From: Octopus vulgaris
Lineage: Eukaryota
Length of the DNA stretch: 64,000 nt
Direction: 5' to 3'
Assembly: GCA_951406725.2 (NCBI GenBank)
Contig: OX597826.1
Span: forward strand, 9,858,001 to 9,922,000
In this document: positions 1 to 13,848 of the stretch, piece after piece
Layout of the letters: every line of letters begins with the position of its first letter
Numbering within the stretch: the first letter of the stretch is position 1
Notes under the pieces: model-generated
Databases searched by the model: none
Seen by the model: the letters and a program-made list of their open reading frames with translations, nothing else
What the model was told of the DNA's origin: nothing
Position numbers and translations under genes: made by a program

Positions 1-518
1 AATACTACAAAAATAGAATACAAAAAAAGGAAATTTGTTGTTACTGCTAACATCTGTTACAGAATGTAAATAAATGATAGAGGAGGGGATTAAAGTTTTC
101 TTCTTTAGATTAGGGACTTTAAAATGATTAGGAAAAGTGGGGTTTGAATGCTGCTCTTTCAGGCAGTAAGTATAACACTGACAAACACGGTGCCATGCAG
201 ATTTGTATTCTACAGGATGTTATAATATAGTTGGTAGTGTGCAGGTTATCTCTTTCTCCGTTTATCCATCTCCTGAATGCTAATCTTACTGGATTTATCT
301 CCCTTTTCTTCCCTTATATGTAAAGTGGTTGGCATTAGGGCATCCAGCCAAATCACACAACTGGAACTTGGTGCAGCTCTAGCCAAATCATTCGACCCAT
401 TCCAGAATGGAAAACAGACATCAAATGATGATGATGATGGTATATACTAACAACGGTTTAGTCAGTGTCATTGCCCAAGTTTGTAAGTGGTACTTTATTT
501 TATCAATAGTATCAACAA

Positions 519-612
519 GTGGAGGCACAATGGCCCATGGTTGAGGAAGCAGCCTCGCGTTCATAGGATCGCAGTTTCGATTCCCAGACTGGGCGTTGTG
601 AGTGCTTATTGT
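519..612 (+). mobile_element. tRNA-derived SINE head (family A), 3'-truncated
   Basis: gtggaggcacaatggcccatggttg...gtttcgattcccagactgggcg matches the head of the copies at 6809, 39402 and 48156. Confidence 0.75.
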
Positions 613-723
613 TTATCATTAGTTACATCAGGAATATACTTTTACCATTGTTGGATGTATCCCTCTTTGCTAACATATACTTGCGTCTCATTCACTATAC
701 ACACACACACATACATGTATCTC

Positions 724-755
<32 letters not shown>

Positions 756-829
756 CATATATAAGGAAGTCAAAAGTTATGGCAGATCATAAAGTGAGCA
801 TTGGTTTTGCACCTCTAAAATGCTTAGCT

Positions 830-900
830 GTATAGGAGATTCATCAACTCAAATGGCTGAAGGAGTCTTCAGCCATTTGAGTCTCATGAGTCTCCTATAC
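830..900. repeat. Imperfect ~33-bp-arm inverted repeat
   Basis: gtataggagattcatcaactcaaatggctgaag-gagt-cttcagccatttgagtctcatgagtctcctatac. Confidence 0.75.
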
Positions 901-1315
901 TCCTAACTTTGACCATTTGAGTCTTGTGAGTCATCTTTTTAGGTGTGAAACCAATGGTCGCTCCTATGATAGGCCATAACCTTTGCCTTCCTAAAAAAAT
1001 ATTTTACTGCTCTAATGCTTTTGAGTGCACTTCTTTTCCAGATATATGAATTACTGATGATATATATATATATATCAAAACAGGGACAACTGTGTTGTAT
1101 GTTTTGTACTGTTTTTTTCGTTGTTTGAAAAAAGTTTGTTTCCATGTTTTTGTTTTTATGTTTTCATTTCTCATTGTGTTCATTTGTTTTTGATGTCCTG
1201 TACCCATATATGCATGTATATATACATGTAGATGTAGGTATATACATATATGTATGTATATATGCATATATTTATATATTATTTATATTATTATATATAT
1301 ATATATGTATAGAGA

Positions 1316-2660
1316 AATTCAACAGGCAATAACAGAAGAATTCAACCGGCAATAACAGAGGAATTCAAGACGGGTTGATCCTGGGAGCTCCTCTATGTTG
1401 ATGACCTGGCCCTCATAGCAGAATCACTACCGGAACTAGAAAAGAAATTTCGGGTGTGGAAGCTAGGTTTAGAATCAAAAGGCCTTAGAGTCAATGTAGC
1501 AAACACCAAAGTCCTAGTAAGTAGGAAGCCAAACACACCACACACTGCTTCAGGTAGGTGGCCCTGCTCGATCTGAAGAAAAGGTGTAGGTAGAAATTCC
1601 ATAAGATATACCCAGTGTAAGCTATGAACACATAAGAGGTGCAGCACCATCAAAGGGAAATTAACCGAGAAGATAGCTTTTGTGTGCAACAGATGCACAG
1701 GGGCAATAGATACCATGGAAATTCAGAAAACAGATTCCATTACACTCCTGGGGGAGAAACTAGAAGTAGTTGATAGTTTCCGCTACCTAGGTGACCAAGT
1801 TAGTAGTGGGGGTGGATGCTCAGAGAGTGTCACCACTAGAATATGAATAGCCTGGGCAAAGTTTAGAAAACTCCTACCCCTACTGGTGACAAAGGGTCTC
1901 TCATTCAGAGTGAAAGGTAGATTGTATGACGCATGTGTGCGAACTGCTATGCTTCATGGTAGTGAAACATGGGCTGTGACTGCAGAGGACATGCGTAGGC
2001 TTGAAAGAAATGAAGTTAGCATGATCTGCTGGATGTGTAATGTCAGTGTGCACACACAACAGAGTGTAAGTGCCCTGAGAGAAATGCTGGACATAAGAAG
2101 CATTGGATGTGGCGTGCAAGAGAGACGTCTGCGATGGTATGGTCATATACTACGGATGGGTGAGGAGAGATGTGTGAAGAAGTGCCACTCCCATATAGTT
2201 GAAGGAATCCGGGGTAGAGGTAGACCCAGGAAGACATGGAATGAGGTGGTCAAACATGACCTTCGAACGTTGGGTCTCACAGAGGCAATGACAGAGGACC
2301 AAGACCTCTGGAGATATACTGTGACAATGAAGATCTGACAAATAAAGTGAGTTCATGGCTGTTTCCTGCACCAACTTCACATAACCAGCCCCAGCCCTTC
2401 CAAAGTGCCTTGGATCGTAGGGTGACCTGCTGTGCTTGAGGAGACCTATTGAGTCAAGTATGTCAGCATCAAAAATCAAATGGAAATTGTGGTTGCGATA
2501 CCTGTGCAGGTGGCATGTAAAATGCACCATCCGTACGTGGCCGATGCCAGCCTACCCTGGCACGTAAGAAGCACCATCCGTATGTGGCCGATGCCAGCGC
2601 CGCCTTGACTGGCTTCTGTGCCGGTAGCATGTAAAAAGCACCAACCGATATACCAGCTCA
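1316..2660 (+). mobile_element. 5'-truncated RTE-clade LINE: RT C-terminal half plus 3' UTR, pseudogenised
   Basis: Translates to ..WELLYVDDLAL.., DSFRYLG, LHGSETW, RRLRWYGH, RGRGRPRKTW; several in-frame stops; ORF ends 2338; 3' UTR has repeats of ggcacgtaaaaagcacc. Confidence 0.92.
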
Positions 2661-3075
2661 GGCAGTGAACTGGCAAAAATGTTAGCACACCAGGCGAAAT
2701 GCCGAGCGGTATTTCGTCTGCCGCTATGTTCTGAGTTCAAATTCCGCCGAGGTCAACTTTGCCTTTCATCCTTTCAGGGCTGATTAAATAAGTACCAGTT
2801 ATGCACCGGGGTCTATATAATCGACTTAATCCGTTTGTCTGTCCTTGTTTGTCCCTTCTGTGTTTAGCCCCTTGTGGGTAGTAAAGAAATAGGTATTTCG
2901 TCTATCTCTACGTTCTGAGTTCAAATTCCGCCGAGGTCAACTTTGCCTTTCATCCTTTCGGGGTTGATTAAGTAAGTACCAGTTATGCACTGGGGTTGAT
3001 ATAATCGGCTTAATCCATTTGTCTGTCCTTGTTTGTCCTCTCTGTGTTTAGCCCCTTGTGGGTAGTAAAGAAATG
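2661..3075 (+). mobile_element. SINE family C with 184-bp tandem duplication of its body
   Basis: B-box-like gagttcaaattcc; the unit ggtatttcgtct...gtaaagaaat starts at 2708 and again at 2892; homologous to 7235-7462 and 54890-55102. Confidence 0.85.
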
Positions 3076-3099
3076 GATATACCAACTCCAGCATTTGAT

Positions 3100-3580
3100 C
3101 CTCAGAGGAAGAGAAGTTGGTAAAGAAGCCAAAGTCATTATCTTCAATTCAGTTTTCAAGTCTAAATTTCATGAATGTTGGATAATAACCAAATGGGGAC
3201 GATTGTGAATCCAAGCAGCCGAAATGAGGTTCATCCAAAAGATCTACCTGACAAGGTGTGTAACTCAGGAATCAGGGAGTCTCTCCAGGTTCAGCCACAA
3301 CTTCTCTACAGTGAGAGGTCATCACTCCAGTACTATGGACATATGATTACAACATCACAGGAGGAATCATAAAATGCATTCTTCAAGCCCAGATATTCAG
3401 GAGGAAACCTTGGAGTGGACCCAGAATGAGGTGGTTGGGTAATATCCATGGTCTCAGTTGATTACTCTGAGAAACCAGCTGGAAAGTACTTTTGATTGGA
3501 CCCTATGGAGGAGGTCCCTGAAGACTCTTGTGCCGGGACTTTGCCAGGAATAGTGGATGGACAAGATGGATGAATGAATG
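3100..3580 (+). mobile_element. Old RTE-type LINE 3' fragment
   Basis: Degenerate IQAAEMRF..DKVCNSGIRESLQVQP..LQYYGHM, typical of the RTE post-RT region. Confidence 0.7.
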
Positions 3581-3758
3581 ACAGACTATCAAAGACCTAA
3601 TTGATCAAAAACATAATGTAAAGGTAAATATTTGTTTAATGTTTAATCTCGAAAGACAATGGGAATTGCCCAGAAAATTATAATCATGTGAACAATTAAC
3701 TCAGAATAACAATTTGGATAATAGTTGTAATGTCTATGTAAATACAGAGCAGCACCAG

Positions 3759-4025
3759 CTGGTTAGGGCAGCGGACTCGCGGTCAGAGGATCACGGTTTC
3801 GATTCCCAGACTGGGCGCTGTGTATGTTTATTGAGCGTAAACACCTAAAGCTCCACGAGGCTCCGGCAGAGGATGGTGGCGACCCCTGTTGTACTCTTTC
3901 GTTCCAACTTTCTCTCACTCTTTCTTCCTGTTTCTTATCCCCGACTTCCTACGCAAAGGACCGCATTTCGGACTTCTCCCAATAATGGGACGAAGACCGC
4001 TTCGCTCAACAAACAAACAAGCAGC
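3759..4025 (+). mobile_element. SINE family A (tRNA-Arg-like head), tail type b
   Basis: tggttagggcagcggactcgcggtc..gtttcgattccc (TCG anticodon loop); tail shared with 40165-40458. Confidence 0.85.
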
Positions 4026-5071
4026 AGTGAAACTTTTTAAAGAGTCTTGTGTGTGAACAGAGATGGAGCTCACTCAGAATGTTGTTGTTGTTGCAGATTG
4101 TCTGACATGGTGTTGCAAATACCTCTGGACATTCTGAACAAAGCTGAAATAGTGCTGGCATGGCTGTGTAGTTAAGAAGCTCACTTTGCAATCACACAGT
4201 TTCAGGTTCAGTCTCTGTGAGCAGCACCTTAGGCAAGTAACCCTGGGCCAGCCAATGCCTTGTGAGTGAACTTGGTAGATGGCTCAGATATAAGGACAAG
4301 CTGAAGAGTAATCTCTCAGCAGTCAATATAGCTCACAACACCTTTGAGCAGACGGCCTTGGGACAAACAAAATGGTGTAAGGGACTTTGTTTCAACTGGT
4401 ATTAACAGGCAAAGGGGTGCAAGGCAAAGGAAAAAAATGGCTGCAATCATACCGGACTGCACTGACCCATAATCTTCATGCTTGCAACATCTGTGGGCTT
4501 CTTTGCAAATCATTCGCGGGACTCAAATGTCACATTCGACATAAGCATTATGACTGACAAAGATAATGTAGATTGTCAGGCCCTTGTATTTCAAAATCAA
4601 CAGGGAATTCCATCATCATATATATATTTTTTTTCAGAATAGCATATCTTGAAGCACACACGTAAAGCTATAAACAATATCGTGTAAATGTTGGGTTGAG
4701 AAACACTTTGAGATAGAAAAGGTCAAAGGCTGCTCACAGAACGTATGTGTGTGTGTATGTGTATTTCTCCTCTACCTCCATAACTTGACAACTTGTATTG
4801 GTCTGTTTACATCCATAATACTTAGCAGTTGAGTGAAAGTGACTGACAGAATAAGGCTTTAATTCAATGGTTGGAACAAATGAAAGATATATAATTTTAC
4901 ATTCTGTTCCTAGTTTCATCTATTGACCAGGTTACATCTTTAAAGGTTTTAATTAATATCCACCCCTAATACTTATTGAATTCAGAGATGTAACACATCT
5001 GGAAGTAAATACTGCTTAGATAGTTTTCTTTATCCCACACCAATTGACTCACACAGGATAACAGATAGTGA

Positions 5072-5112
<41 letters not shown>

Positions 5113-5150
5113 GTACTTACATACAAGACCAAAAAGGGTACAGGCGCCGC

Positions 5151-5181
<31 letters not shown>

Positions 5182-5302
5182 GTAAAAAAATACAAACTGG
5201 GACAAGAACGCAAAACATTTAGAAGACGATACAAATAACACGGACGGGACATTCGAAGCTTTCAATCTTCAGTCAAGAACCGGATCATCCTCGCAATTTC
5301 GG

Positions 5303-5338
<36 letters not shown>

Positions 5339-5342
<4 letters not shown>

Positions 5343-5893
5343 GTTCTCCGGAAAGTTTGTGCCGATTTATTTCGACTTATTTTAGAACATGGTTGAGTCC
5401 ATAAAATAGGATTTGACTACACCTCCATTTAGAGCACAGTTTAAGCTATCTGTTCGTGGAAGAAGATTTATGTTCTTATAACCTGTGTTAATTCTGTAAC
5501 CCTTTAAAATGGAAGATAAGAAAGTTCATTTTCAGCACTTGATGCTTTGGGAACCAGACAAAAATTGCTGCAGCTCGGCTGGGATGTGTTACCCCACCTT
5601 CCATATTAACCAGATATTACTCCTTCGGATTTCCACTTATTCAGGTCTCTGCAGAATAGTCATAATGGTAAAAATTTCAATTCCTCGGATGACATAAAAA
5701 GATACCTTGATGAATTCTTTGCCATGAAACCACCTCAATTCTGGGAAGAGGGTATTTTCAAGTCAAAGGAAAGATGGAAACGCATTGTGCAACAAAATGG
5801 TTCATATTTGGTTGATTAAAAATGTAATGGCAAGTATTTAATTGACCTTTTTCTTTCTTCTAAAAATCGGCACGAACTTTCCAGACAACCCAA
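5339..5893 (+). mobile_element. Internally deleted mariner transposon (555 bp)
   Basis: TIRs ttgggttctccggaaagtttgtgccgattt and aaatcggcacgaactttccagacaacccaa, TA on both sides; N-terminus MEDKKVHFQHLML fused to ..LGWDVLPHPPY*PDITPSDFHLFRSLQN..GSYLVD*. Confidence 0.92.
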
Positions 5894-5897
5894 TATA

Positions 5898-5931
<34 letters not shown>

Positions 5932-6808
5932 GGCACAGGTGTAGCTGTGTGGTAAGAAGTTGCTTCCCAACCACATAGTTTGGGGTTCAGTCACACTGTG
6001 TGGCACCTTGGTGAGTGTCTTCTGAGTGGATTCAGTTAACAGAAACTGAAAGAAGCCCTCGCCATGATAGATCACTAGCCACTGAACCTTTTTCTGTTTT
6101 CTCTCCCTGTTTATTTCTGTGTTCCTTTTTGTCAAAGAGTGTAGGCTCGAAACATAAAAGGCTTTCTCACTTTCCGAGCATTGAACTTGTACATCTGTTT
6201 GTTGTTTACACACACCCATCTTCATCTTTTGATTTTTTTTGTAAATTCTCACTATATATATATATGCATGTGTGTGTGTGTGTTGTGTTTCTGCATTAAA
6301 TGTAGAAGTGGTGACAATACAGGCACCTCATCAGACTTGCTAGCCAGAAGCACACAATGTCTTTACTAATGGAGGTAAAAACACAGTCTTGGTCAGTTTG
6401 GAGTGAAAAAAAAAACATTCTGAGGGAAAAGAGCTGCCTTCTCTTGAGTAATTTTAGCTGTCCAAAAGGAATCGGTTTGTGTACATTTTTTCATTCCCTA
6501 GTCTGCCAATGGCCCGGCAAGACCACGTTTCCAAAAATTTTCTGTCATGAAAGTTTTTTTCACCACCAAACTGACCAACACTGTATTTTTATCTCCACTA
6601 GCAAAGTGGCCATGTGCTTCCGGTCAGCATTTCTGATGAGTCTCCTATTTGCATTACTAAAGGAACAGCCTTCTGATCAGAGGGGATTTTAGTCTTCTTA
6701 CTTAGCCAGCAGATGGCATCATTCGAAAACTATGGCAGTGTGAAGTGCATTGTCACTAGCGATGTATAACAAAATCCTATAATCTGGTTGATATTGTGAT
6801 ATATATAT

Positions 6809-7107
6809 GTGGAGGTGCAATGGCCCAGTGGTTAGGGCACCAGACTCGCGGTCATAGGATTGCGGTTTCGAATCCCAGACCGGGCGTTGTGAGTGTTTAT
6901 TGAGCGCAAACACCTAAACTTCCACAAGGCTCCCGCAGGGGGTGGTGGGGATCCCTGCTCTACTCTTTCGCCACAACTTTCTCTCACTCTTTCTTCTGTT
7001 GGCCTGCTCGCTTAACAAGTGGGGTGGCGTCATTTGAAGGCTAAAACAATGTGAAGCGCATTGTGACCAGCGATGTGTAGCAACATCTGATAGCCTGGTC
7101 GGTCACG
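6809..7107 (+). mobile_element. SINE family A, tail type a
   Basis: Full tRNA-like head with A/B boxes; tail homologous to 52551-52830. Confidence 0.88.
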
Positions 7108-7234
7108 ATGATCACTGTGATATAAATATATATATATATATGTATATATATATGTGTATATACTTTCATGCATTTCAGCCTAAAAGCTGTGGCTATGCTG
7201 GGGCGATGACAATATTCTGCCTCCCAGCCTCCAT

Positions 7235-7462
7235 CTTTATTGCCCACAAGGGGCTAAACATAGAGGGGACAAACAAGGACAGATAAAGGGATTAAGTCGA
7301 TTACATCGACCCCAGTGCGTAACTGGTACTTAATTTATTGACCCCCAAAAGGATGAAAGGCTAAGTCGACCTCAGCGGAATTTGAACTCAGAACGTAGCA
7401 GCAGACCAAATACCACTAAGCATTTCACCCGGCCTGCTAACGATTCTGCTAGCTCACCGCCT
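7235..7462 (-). mobile_element. SINE family C
   Basis: Reverse complement of 2661-2891. Confidence 0.85.
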
Positions 7463-7479
7463 TTGCTGAAGCTTGCTTT

Positions 7480-7860
7480 GCCATGCTTGCACAGGTGAAC
7501 TAGTCTTCTCAAGCACTTCCTGTCACTAGTCATCACAATCCCCTGTCGCTTCTTCTATGAGGCTCAGACTCCTGAGATCATTCCTCACCACTTCATCCCA
7601 TGTCTTCATTGGTCTCTCCCTTCCACGACTTCCAAATGATTGATGCACCTTATACTTCTTTATACAATTGCACACTCCAGACACATCATATGTGCAGTTT
7701 TCTATCTTTCACATCTCTCATATGTGACATCTCTCATATCCTGTTTCCTTCTCAGCTCATTTGTCTGCTAGCATTCATAGACACTAATACTACACATCTA
7801 CTGGAGCCTGCTCGAATGATTTCTTTTTAGTCTATGTAAGTTTTCTGAATTCAGGGCTCC
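7480..7860 (-). mobile_element. Decayed RTE LINE 3' fragment
   Basis: Minus strand encodes GRERPMKTWDEVVRNDL, homologous to GRGRPRKTWNEVVKHDL near 2215-2262. Confidence 0.7.
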
Positions 7861-7904
7861 TGAATATAAAATGCTTATATTCATTATCAATTAGGTTTTT
7901 TTTT

Positions 7905-8233
7905 TAAAAAAAGTATATAATGAATGTAAAATAATAACGAAATTATTGTATACAGTGCTCAGGTGCACCACAACTTGTCAAAAAGTGCATATAAAGCATA
8001 TGCAGTAATGTACAAATGTCTGGGAAGCAAACAGTGTATCAGTCAGATACATGCTTGCGTGTGTATGGAGGGGAGAAAATCAGGTGTAGTGTTGGCGAAT
8101 CTCTGAAAGCATGGGAGTTTTGAAGGATGCAGTGCTCCGACAACTAACAACTGATGCTGGCAGTTTGTTCTATGCTTCAGCAACTCTTAGCGTGAAAAAA
8201 TGTTTTCGAAAGTCATGGGAGCTGTGCTGTTTT
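7905..8233 (-). mobile_element. CR1-clade LINE 3' end
   Basis: Minus strand encodes RKHFFTLRVAEA*NKLPASVVSCRSTASFK, matching the CR1 ORF2 terminal motif RxxFFxxRVxxxWNxLP. Confidence 0.8.
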
Positions 8234-8614
8234 AGAATAGATTATTTTATAAAGTGTTTTGTAAAGTGGTTGGCATTAAAAGCACATCTAGTGATAGAAA
8301 CAATGCCAAAGCTGATATAAGAGTTCAGTGCAACCCTGTGGTTTGTTGGATACTGTCACATCAACTAACCTATGCAAGTGTAGGAAATGGATGTTAAATG
8401 ATGATGATTACAAATACATACACACACATATGTGGCACAGGCAAGGCTATGGGTGCAGTTGATGGGAACTGAAGGAAGCCCGTCATGTGTGTGTGTCCCC
8501 TCTAGCCTTCACATTGCATGGTAACTGTCAGTGGCTTTCGTTTCCAGTATTCATATTCAGTGTGAACATGTGCAGCTGCGGATAAAATATAATCTTCCTT
8601 GGAAACAAGTAAGT

Positions 8615-9000
8615 GCATCATTTTCCTTAGCTTTTCTGGGACGTGACTGTATCAGGAACAGAAAATGGTTGATTGAGACACTCAAAAGGCTTAGAGAAGC
8701 CATTAGAAGAATGACAAAACGATCCCCAGATCAATGCATAACCACAGACATGTTTAGCAACAAATCAGACAATCGACAAACTGAGATAATTAGAGCCCCC
8801 CCTCCCTCCCTACATCCTCCAAATTATGATCTGGATCTGGCATCTTCCAATTTCTGCTTGTTTGGTCCAATGAAGTTTACTCTTTGGGGATAATGATTTG
8901 ATAACATAGATGAGGTTAAAATGGCTGTAGATACATTAGTGCACACCTGAATTTTTTTTGAAAGTAGATTCCTGGATTGGCTTCAGGTAATGGCACGAAG
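8615..9000 (+). mobile_element. Degraded mariner transposase fragment
   Basis: ETLKRLREAIRR..HPPNYDLDLASSNFCLFGPMK is a decayed HPPYSPDLAPSDFxLFGPMK motif. Confidence 0.7.
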
Positions 9001-10059
9001 GTATTTCTCATTGTCAGAGCATGCACTGTCTCCTCTCTCTGCTTTTTCTATTACTCCTTGTAGCTGGGTGGTCTTTGCAAACTTTACTTCAACACTCCTG
9101 ACTCGCTCGTCTCTCCTTCCCATATTGGACAATCTCTAGTGACTGTCTTTTGGTGAAGGGGGGATATTCTGCTTCCCAATCTCCACTCACTAACCCCTAT
9201 TTCAGTTCTTCCCTAGAATGTTGACCTTCTGCTGTAATTCCAGTACTTTGTAAAATGTTGAATTTAGCTTAATTTATTCATCTCAAGTTCTGCTGTGCTG
9301 GTGATTCCAAACAAGGATGAAATAGCACTTTACATGGCTACTAATGACTTGAAAATTTAAGAACTTTATGTGTAACAAAAAAATTTTAATATAAATTTAA
9401 TATAAATTCCAAACTCTTAGATCTGCCTCAACCTAACTCTTTAGCATTTAAACTGACCATATCAAGTCCAAATATGTTCAAACCAGCCAGATCTAGCCTC
9501 TCATACCTACCCTACAATATCATTCCAAAAATACACAATCACATCATTGGAATCTAGAAGCTACGATATAATGCATGATTGATCCAAAACAATGGGTATA
9601 AACGTTTGACAGAGCAATGTGAATGCTAAAGGGTTGTCTCCCCTATAATACTACTGGCGTTCACCATATCTTTGAGACTCTGATTGTGTTATTTCAATAG
9701 TACTGTTGACTTCCATCAGTTCGGCAGAAACATTAATTACATCATCCTCATCAGTTTCAAATAGGCGTAGGAGTGGCTGTATGGTAAGTAGTTTGCTTAT
9801 GAACCACATGGTTGAAGAAAACTGCATCCCTTTGCAAAACTACGTCAAGCCAGTGGGGCTGAGTAGGCTCATGAAACTAGTATTATCTCAAGCTCAAATT
9901 CACAGCCTCCACATCAGACTGTGGTTGGTGGAGAGAACATCCTGAAACCTTCAGCTTGCAGGGAACTGAACAAAGGTAAGGCAACCCAATCCAATCAATT
10001 GAATGTACACATACACACACACGTGTATTATATATATCATATAATGTACATATACATAT

Positions 10060-10093
<34 letters not shown>

Positions 10094-10344
10094 ATACGTA
10101 TGTTTATATATATAAATACATATAAAAAAATTAATTAATTAATTAATTAATAAATAAAATAATATATAAATATAAAAATATACATGCATACATATATATA
10201 TATATTTGAATATATATATAAAATTTATAAGTTTAAATTATTTAAACAATTTTTTTTATTTTTAACTTTTATATTTTTAAATTAATTTTATGTATTGACT
10301 TATGTTTTTCACTGTTTGATTTGCCTAATAGTGGTTTTATCTCT

Positions 10345-10350
10345 AATTTA

Positions 10351-10423
<73 letters not shown>

Positions 10424-10514
10424 TATATATATATATACATATATATGCATGTATAATATATACATATATATATATATATGCATATATATATGTATATATA
10501 TATATATATGCATG

Positions 10515-10545
<31 letters not shown>

Positions 10546-10766
10546 AATATATATATATATATATGCATGTATAATATATATATATATATGCATGTATAAT
10601 ATATATATATATATATATGCATGTATATATATATATATATATATATGCATGTATAATATATATATATATATATGCATGTATATATATATATATATATATA
10701 TGCATGTATATAATATATATATATATATATATGCATGTATAATATATATATATATATATATGCATG

Positions 10767-10797
<31 letters not shown>

Positions 10798-11141
10798 AAT
10801 ATATATATATATATATACATGTATATATATATATATATATATATGCATGTATAATATATATATATATATATATGCATGTATAATATATATATATATATAT
10901 ATGCATGTATAATATATATATATATATATATGCATGTATAATATATATATATATATATGCATGTATAATATATATATATACATATATATATGCATATATA
11001 CATATATATATGCATGTATAAATATATATATGCATGTATAAATATATATATACATATATATATACGTATATATACATATATATATGCATGTATAAATATA
11101 TATATACATATATATATACGTATATATACATATATATATGC

Positions 11142-11186
<45 letters not shown>

Positions 11187-11272
11187 TATATACGTATATA
11201 TAAATATATATATACATATATATAAATATATATATATATACATATATAGATATATATACATATATATATACG

Positions 11273-11308
<36 letters not shown>

Positions 11309-11343
11309 TATATACGTATATATATATATATAGATATATATAC

Positions 11344-11386
<43 letters not shown>

Positions 11387-11445
11387 TATACATATATAGA
11401 TATATATACATATATGCATATATAAATATATATATATACATATAG

Positions 11446-11502
<57 letters not shown>

Positions 11503-11534
11503 TATATATACATATATATACACCTATATATACA

Positions 11535-11586
<52 letters not shown>

Positions 11587-11594
11587 CACACACA
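10345..11594. repeat. ~1.25-kb compound (TA)n microsatellite with recurring GCATG spacers
   Basis: Directly visible; source of the YI-repeat pseudo-ORFs. Confidence 0.97.
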
Positions 11595-12395
11595 TTATCG
11601 AACCTCTGGCAGCATATTTAATATCAGGCGCTTTGCTGCAAAAACAAAGGTATTTACCTCTATCATGAGAGACCTTTTGTATGCAGATGATTGTGAGCTA
11701 GTAGCACACACAGAGATTGATATGCAACACATTTTGAATGCATTCTCCGATGCTTGCACTGCCTTAGGATTGACAGTCAATCTCAAGAAAACTGTTGTCA
11801 TGCATCAACCTGCCCCTGGTAAGCAGTATAGTGTACCAAATATCTATGTGTATGGTAAACGACTTGATGTAGTCGATCAGTTTGTCTTACATGGGAAGCA
11901 CTAGTAATAGGTGTAGCAATTTGGATGATGAAATTCCATATAGAATTAGGAAATCAAGTGTTGCTTTCGGAAGGCTAAAAATGCTCCTCTGGAGTCGGCG
12001 AGACATATGCAGAAAGAGAAAGATAAAGGTGTACAAGGCATGTGTGCTCCCTTCTCTTCTCTATGCCTGTGAGACGTGGGTCACATATCGATACCACCTT
12101 AAACAACTGGAATGTTTCCATCAGATGTGTCTCAGACGGATCTATGGCATTAAGTGGAAGGACCACATCAGTGATCTTGAAATATTGGAAGGCTCTCGGT
12201 GTGAAAGTATAGAAGCTCTTGTGTTAAAGCAAAGGCTCAGATGGAGTGGTCATCTGGTCAGAATGAAGGATTCAAGGATGCCAAAACAACTCTTTTATGG
12301 GGATTTAGCTAAAGGAGAACAACCTCCACATAAACCAAAAAAGAGGTATAAGGACTTGCTGAAGGCTTCCTTAAGAGATGCTTGCATCTCTCTTG
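11595..12395 (+). mobile_element. RTE-clade (BovB-like) LINE RT fragment embedded in TA arrays
   Basis: [32 protein letters not shown]; one frameshift near 11885; then LLYACETW..QRLRWSGHLVRMKDSRMPKQLFYGDL. Confidence 0.93.
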
Positions 12396-12650
<255 letters not shown>

Positions 12651-13230
12651 CCATCCATTGCCATTTCTGTGTCTTAAACACAACCTTAGTTTGACCTTGA
12701 GAGTTGAATCTGGTAAATGGAAACAGCACAGAGTAGTGTCGTGCTCACTGCTTGTGTTTGTATCTCACCAAAAATATGCAAATCATTGGGAAAATAGCTG
12801 ACAGGTGTCTTAAACAAAGATATACCTTACAATATTTACGACTCCCTCGAGTTCGTGACACTCACCTGTCATTGTTCCCTGCAATTGATTGGAAACCAAC
12901 AATGTTTCACAAATGCCTATTATAAAAATATAGACATAAGTACCATTTATGATGCCTTGATTAATTATATTTCATACTTTTTGGTACCGACGTTATTACT
13001 CACAAAATGCATTTTAGGAAACAAAATAACTGCAACAGTGACTTTTTTTTGTCAAACAGAGTTAAGGCCCTTGCCTTGAGATAGTTTTTTTAATTGTTGA
13101 AGGCAATTGTAAAGGAATATAACGAGAAGTTCGGTATTTCATTGAATAACTAATTAAAGTTGTGTAAAAAGTAATTATTGCATATAAAACCGATGCCCTC
13201 GTGTTTGTACTGACAGAACATCTGCTGGTT

Positions 13231-13640
13231 ACTCTCTTTTACTCTTTTATTTGTTTCAGTCATTTGACTTCGGCCATGCTGGAGCACCGCCTTTAGTCGA
13301 GCAAATCGACCCCAGGACTTATTCTTTGTAAGCCTAGCACTTGTTCTATCAGACTATTTTGCCGAACCGCTAAGTTACAGGGACGTAAACACTCCAGCAT
13401 CGGTTGTCAAGTGATGTTGGGGGGGACTAACACAGACACATATATATATACATATATATATACATATATATATACATATATACGACGGGCTTCTTTCAGT
13501 TTCCATCTACCAAATCTACTCACAAGGCTTTGGACGGCCCGAGGCTATAGTAGAAGACACTTGCCCAAGGTGCCATGCGGTGGGACTGAACCCGGAACCA
13601 TGTGGTTGGTAAGCAAGCTACTTACCACACAGCCACTTTT
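13231..13640 (-). mobile_element. SINE family B (tRNA-like head, central TA/TG tract, gtaaaaga tail)
   Basis: Reverse complement of 32083-32426 and 41010-41376. Confidence 0.9.
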
Positions 13641-13848
13641 GCCTCATATTACAACCCTGTGATTTAGAAAAGAAAGAAAGCATACAACAGGGAGTGTAGT
13701 CCTAGGTATATTTATACTTCAAATTGGTAAAAAATGTCATAGCCATATCGCAGGTCTGGTCGATCAAAGCCTGACCTGAGGTTAAATCATTAAACAACTA
13801 ACTGAAGAGTGGAGGGAAGGGAAAACCAAAAGTTCTTGATAGAGGATA

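Noticed and set aside
2480-2660. Repeated gcacgtaaaaagcacc units with spacers (CRISPR-like look)
   Set aside because: Internal repeats of the RTE 3' UTR seen in many dispersed copies; eukaryotic context and no cas genes.
5240-5305. Minus-strand CTGAAGA..TTCGAAT possible hammerhead
   Set aside because: GAAT instead of GAAA and no consistent stems; the related copy near 32845-32970 lacks the core.
6809-6885. tRNA-Arg(TCG) gene
   Set aside because: It is a SINE head: no proper acceptor stem, and it continues into the repeat body in multiple copies.
10269-11593. 366-440-aa ORFs rich in Y/I/C/M
   Set aside because: Translations of (TA)n microsatellite; the same applies to the ORFs at 12.3-12.8, 19.1-19.6, 28.8-29.1, 34.1-34.8 and 37.1-37.5 kb.
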